Assembly (NCBI GenBank): GCA_051362555.1
Contig: CM120640.1
Coordinates: 41,456,788-41,520,787, forward strand
Direction: 5' to 3'
Length of the DNA: 64,000 nucleotides
Source: Lingula anatina
Taxonomy: Eukaryota > Animalia > Brachiopoda
Shown: piece by piece, positions 62,069 through 64,000 of the stretch
Position numbering within the stretch: the first letter of the stretch is position 1
How the letters are laid out: each line of letters opens with the position of its first letter
Notes under the pieces: model-generated
What the model was told of the DNA's origin: nothing
Seen by the model: only the letters and a program-made list of their open reading frames with translations
The model's database searches: none
Made by a program: the position numbers and the translations under genes

Positions 62069-63501
62069 GAGTTAAAACGTCAAAGTTCTATACCGAAGAT
62101 TATCCAAATGGGTCTTCTCCAGGATAAATCGTCCCTTCGTCTCAGTTGTTATAATCTTTGGCATTAACGTCGTAGTACCAGTGTGTGCCCATATATTCAG
62201 ACACAAGAGACAAGGCGTCCCTTTAAAACAAGACAACAAAATCCACCTATCTCAACATTAAATGAACAAGACTTCTTGTCCTTCCTGGGCTAATCATGAT
62301 CGTCATTTGTCACATTCAGACTTGAGAAACTTCAAACTTTTTCATAGCACACTATAATTTCGTGACAGATGCCCCATCTTTCTCTCTCTCTCTATGTATG
62401 TACTGTGCTGGAACAACAGTGCCTACCACAGTGTCGTTCTGCGTCCTGCATGCATATCTCCACGTTAATTTGAAGGTCAAGAAGATGGACCCCTTGATTT
62501 CAGCATTGAGATACGCACGTTTCTGTTCGCGGTGCGCGTACCGCAAGATGAACTGATAGCAGTGGAGCGAGAATCAGAACTTAATTATAGTGTATACCTT
62601 TCTTATATCAGTCTTGCCAACAAAAGCCATTTGTCTTCGTCTTTTTTTCTCAAGATGAAAGTTGAATTGCTGATTATATTAAATTTATAAGCATTTTCAA
62701 GGCAGTGATTGATAACCCAATCCCTAACTTATCGCAAGACCAAAATTCCACAGATTTATAGACCGAATAGAAAGTTTTCGGTATTCTTTCGAGCTGTACA
62801 GCTTCCAACCTAGCCACTCTACAGAACCATCGATTTTTTTCTTTTTTTTTCTCTCAACATTTTTTCTTTAACTACGACTTATCTGACCGTATATTGTACA
62901 ATTATGATTTGGTCTGTAATAAAAACTTTGACAATTGTACTGACCCAGTAGAAAGAGTTGTAGTATGGCTAAAATGCAGGTACCCCTGAGAATCTATTGC
63001 TAGTTTGTCCATGGTTTGTCTAATCAATTATGAAAGACACAAATGGCACATTGTAGTAGAAATAATGCTCATAAATTTTAAGTTTGATTTCAAAATGCAT
63101 GTGTCGCAAAAGTAAGAGAGAGAGAAGGGTAGAAGACCGACGCGCAGGAAGTAGTATGAATTATTGTACACAATGGACCGTTCATAAATATAACACACGT
63201 GTATAACTTCATCAGTCTGTATTATTTAAAATAAGTCTCTAGCTTGGGCCTTATGTCTTTTCTGCATGACATGATGAACAATTAATGAATATTTCTTGAT
63301 TATCTTTTGGAATGAATATTGATTACAATCATCTTATATGATTAGGTATGTTATTAACTACATGTACCTTAAATAAATCATATAGATATTAAATACAAAA
63401 TATATATTTACATGTTTATCACATACATTAATTTATTTGTCAGCTGAACTTGTGAAATGTGATGTTATATAATAAAGACCAGAGCTAAGTGTAATGGATG
63501 T

Positions 63502-63597
63502 TGCACTCTTATTAAGTATGAATGTTAAAAAAGCAGTCATACCTTATACTGCACTCTTATTAAGTATGAATGTAAAAAAAAGTAGTCATACCTTATA
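63502..63597. repeat. ~48-bp tandem duplication
   Basis: TGCACTCTTATTAAGTATGAATGT.AAAAAAG.AGTCATACCTTATAC occurs twice. Confidence 0.85.
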
Positions 63598-64000
63598 CAT
63601 TATTATATTGTATAAAGCCTTAGGTGAAAAACACAAGTGTAATGTTTTGAAACCATCTGATATCATATTGAAGCATTTTGCATAGTTCAGGAAAGAATCA
63701 GGTCAAAATGTTACAGTATTTTACCATAATTTTGGTACACACCTTTGTTGAAAGTAAGAAAAGCGTTATTTAAAGTTATAAATGGTTACTCTTGACATTT
63801 CGATCCCGATGTAGGAAAGAATCGTCAAATGTATCGGTAATCAGGACGCATTCAAAGCCGCCACAACACTAGTGAACTGTGCTCCCCCCCCCCCCCCCCC
63901 AAAAAAAAAAAAAAAAAAAAAAAATACTGTGATCCCACTTGTTCAAGTAATAAGACAGAACTTGCAGTTGGAAATCAGATTCCCTGTTGGTCCTGGGGTG

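Noticed and set aside
62350-62592. Short inverted ends CACTATAATT...AATTATAGTG as a MITE
   Set aside because: Only ~10-11 bp of inverted repeat and no matching TSD; plausible but unsupported.

Overview
AT-rich, intron-rich animal genomic DNA; gene content and repeats suggest a lophotrochozoan, probably a mollusc (inference). Contents in order: the last two coding exons of vasa/DDX4 (+); a 10-exon LEXM/CIMAP2-like ciliary gene (-) head-to-head with a 23-exon DPYD (+); a multi-exon type I membrane protein with two FN2 domains and LolA/ependymin-like repeats (+); and, on the minus strand from about 62.1 kb down to 36.3 kb, the main finding. Seven large intronless cassettes each encode their own ATG, signal peptide and a different EGF/Cys-rich, mucin-spaced ectodomain. 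They lie in tandem upstream of ONE set of three exons encoding a transmembrane helix, a TIR domain and a tail. Five cassettes end in a phase-1 GT donor matching the phase-1 acceptor of the TM exon, which has no start codon or signal peptide of its own. This is a variable-exon/constant-exon layout like clustered protocadherins or UGT1A, predicting a diversified family of EGF-TM-TIR receptors. One cassette appears to have lost its donor (soluble form) and one ends in a GPI-like tail. Several MITEs and other repeats are also present. All splice models were read by hand and are not transcript-confirmed.
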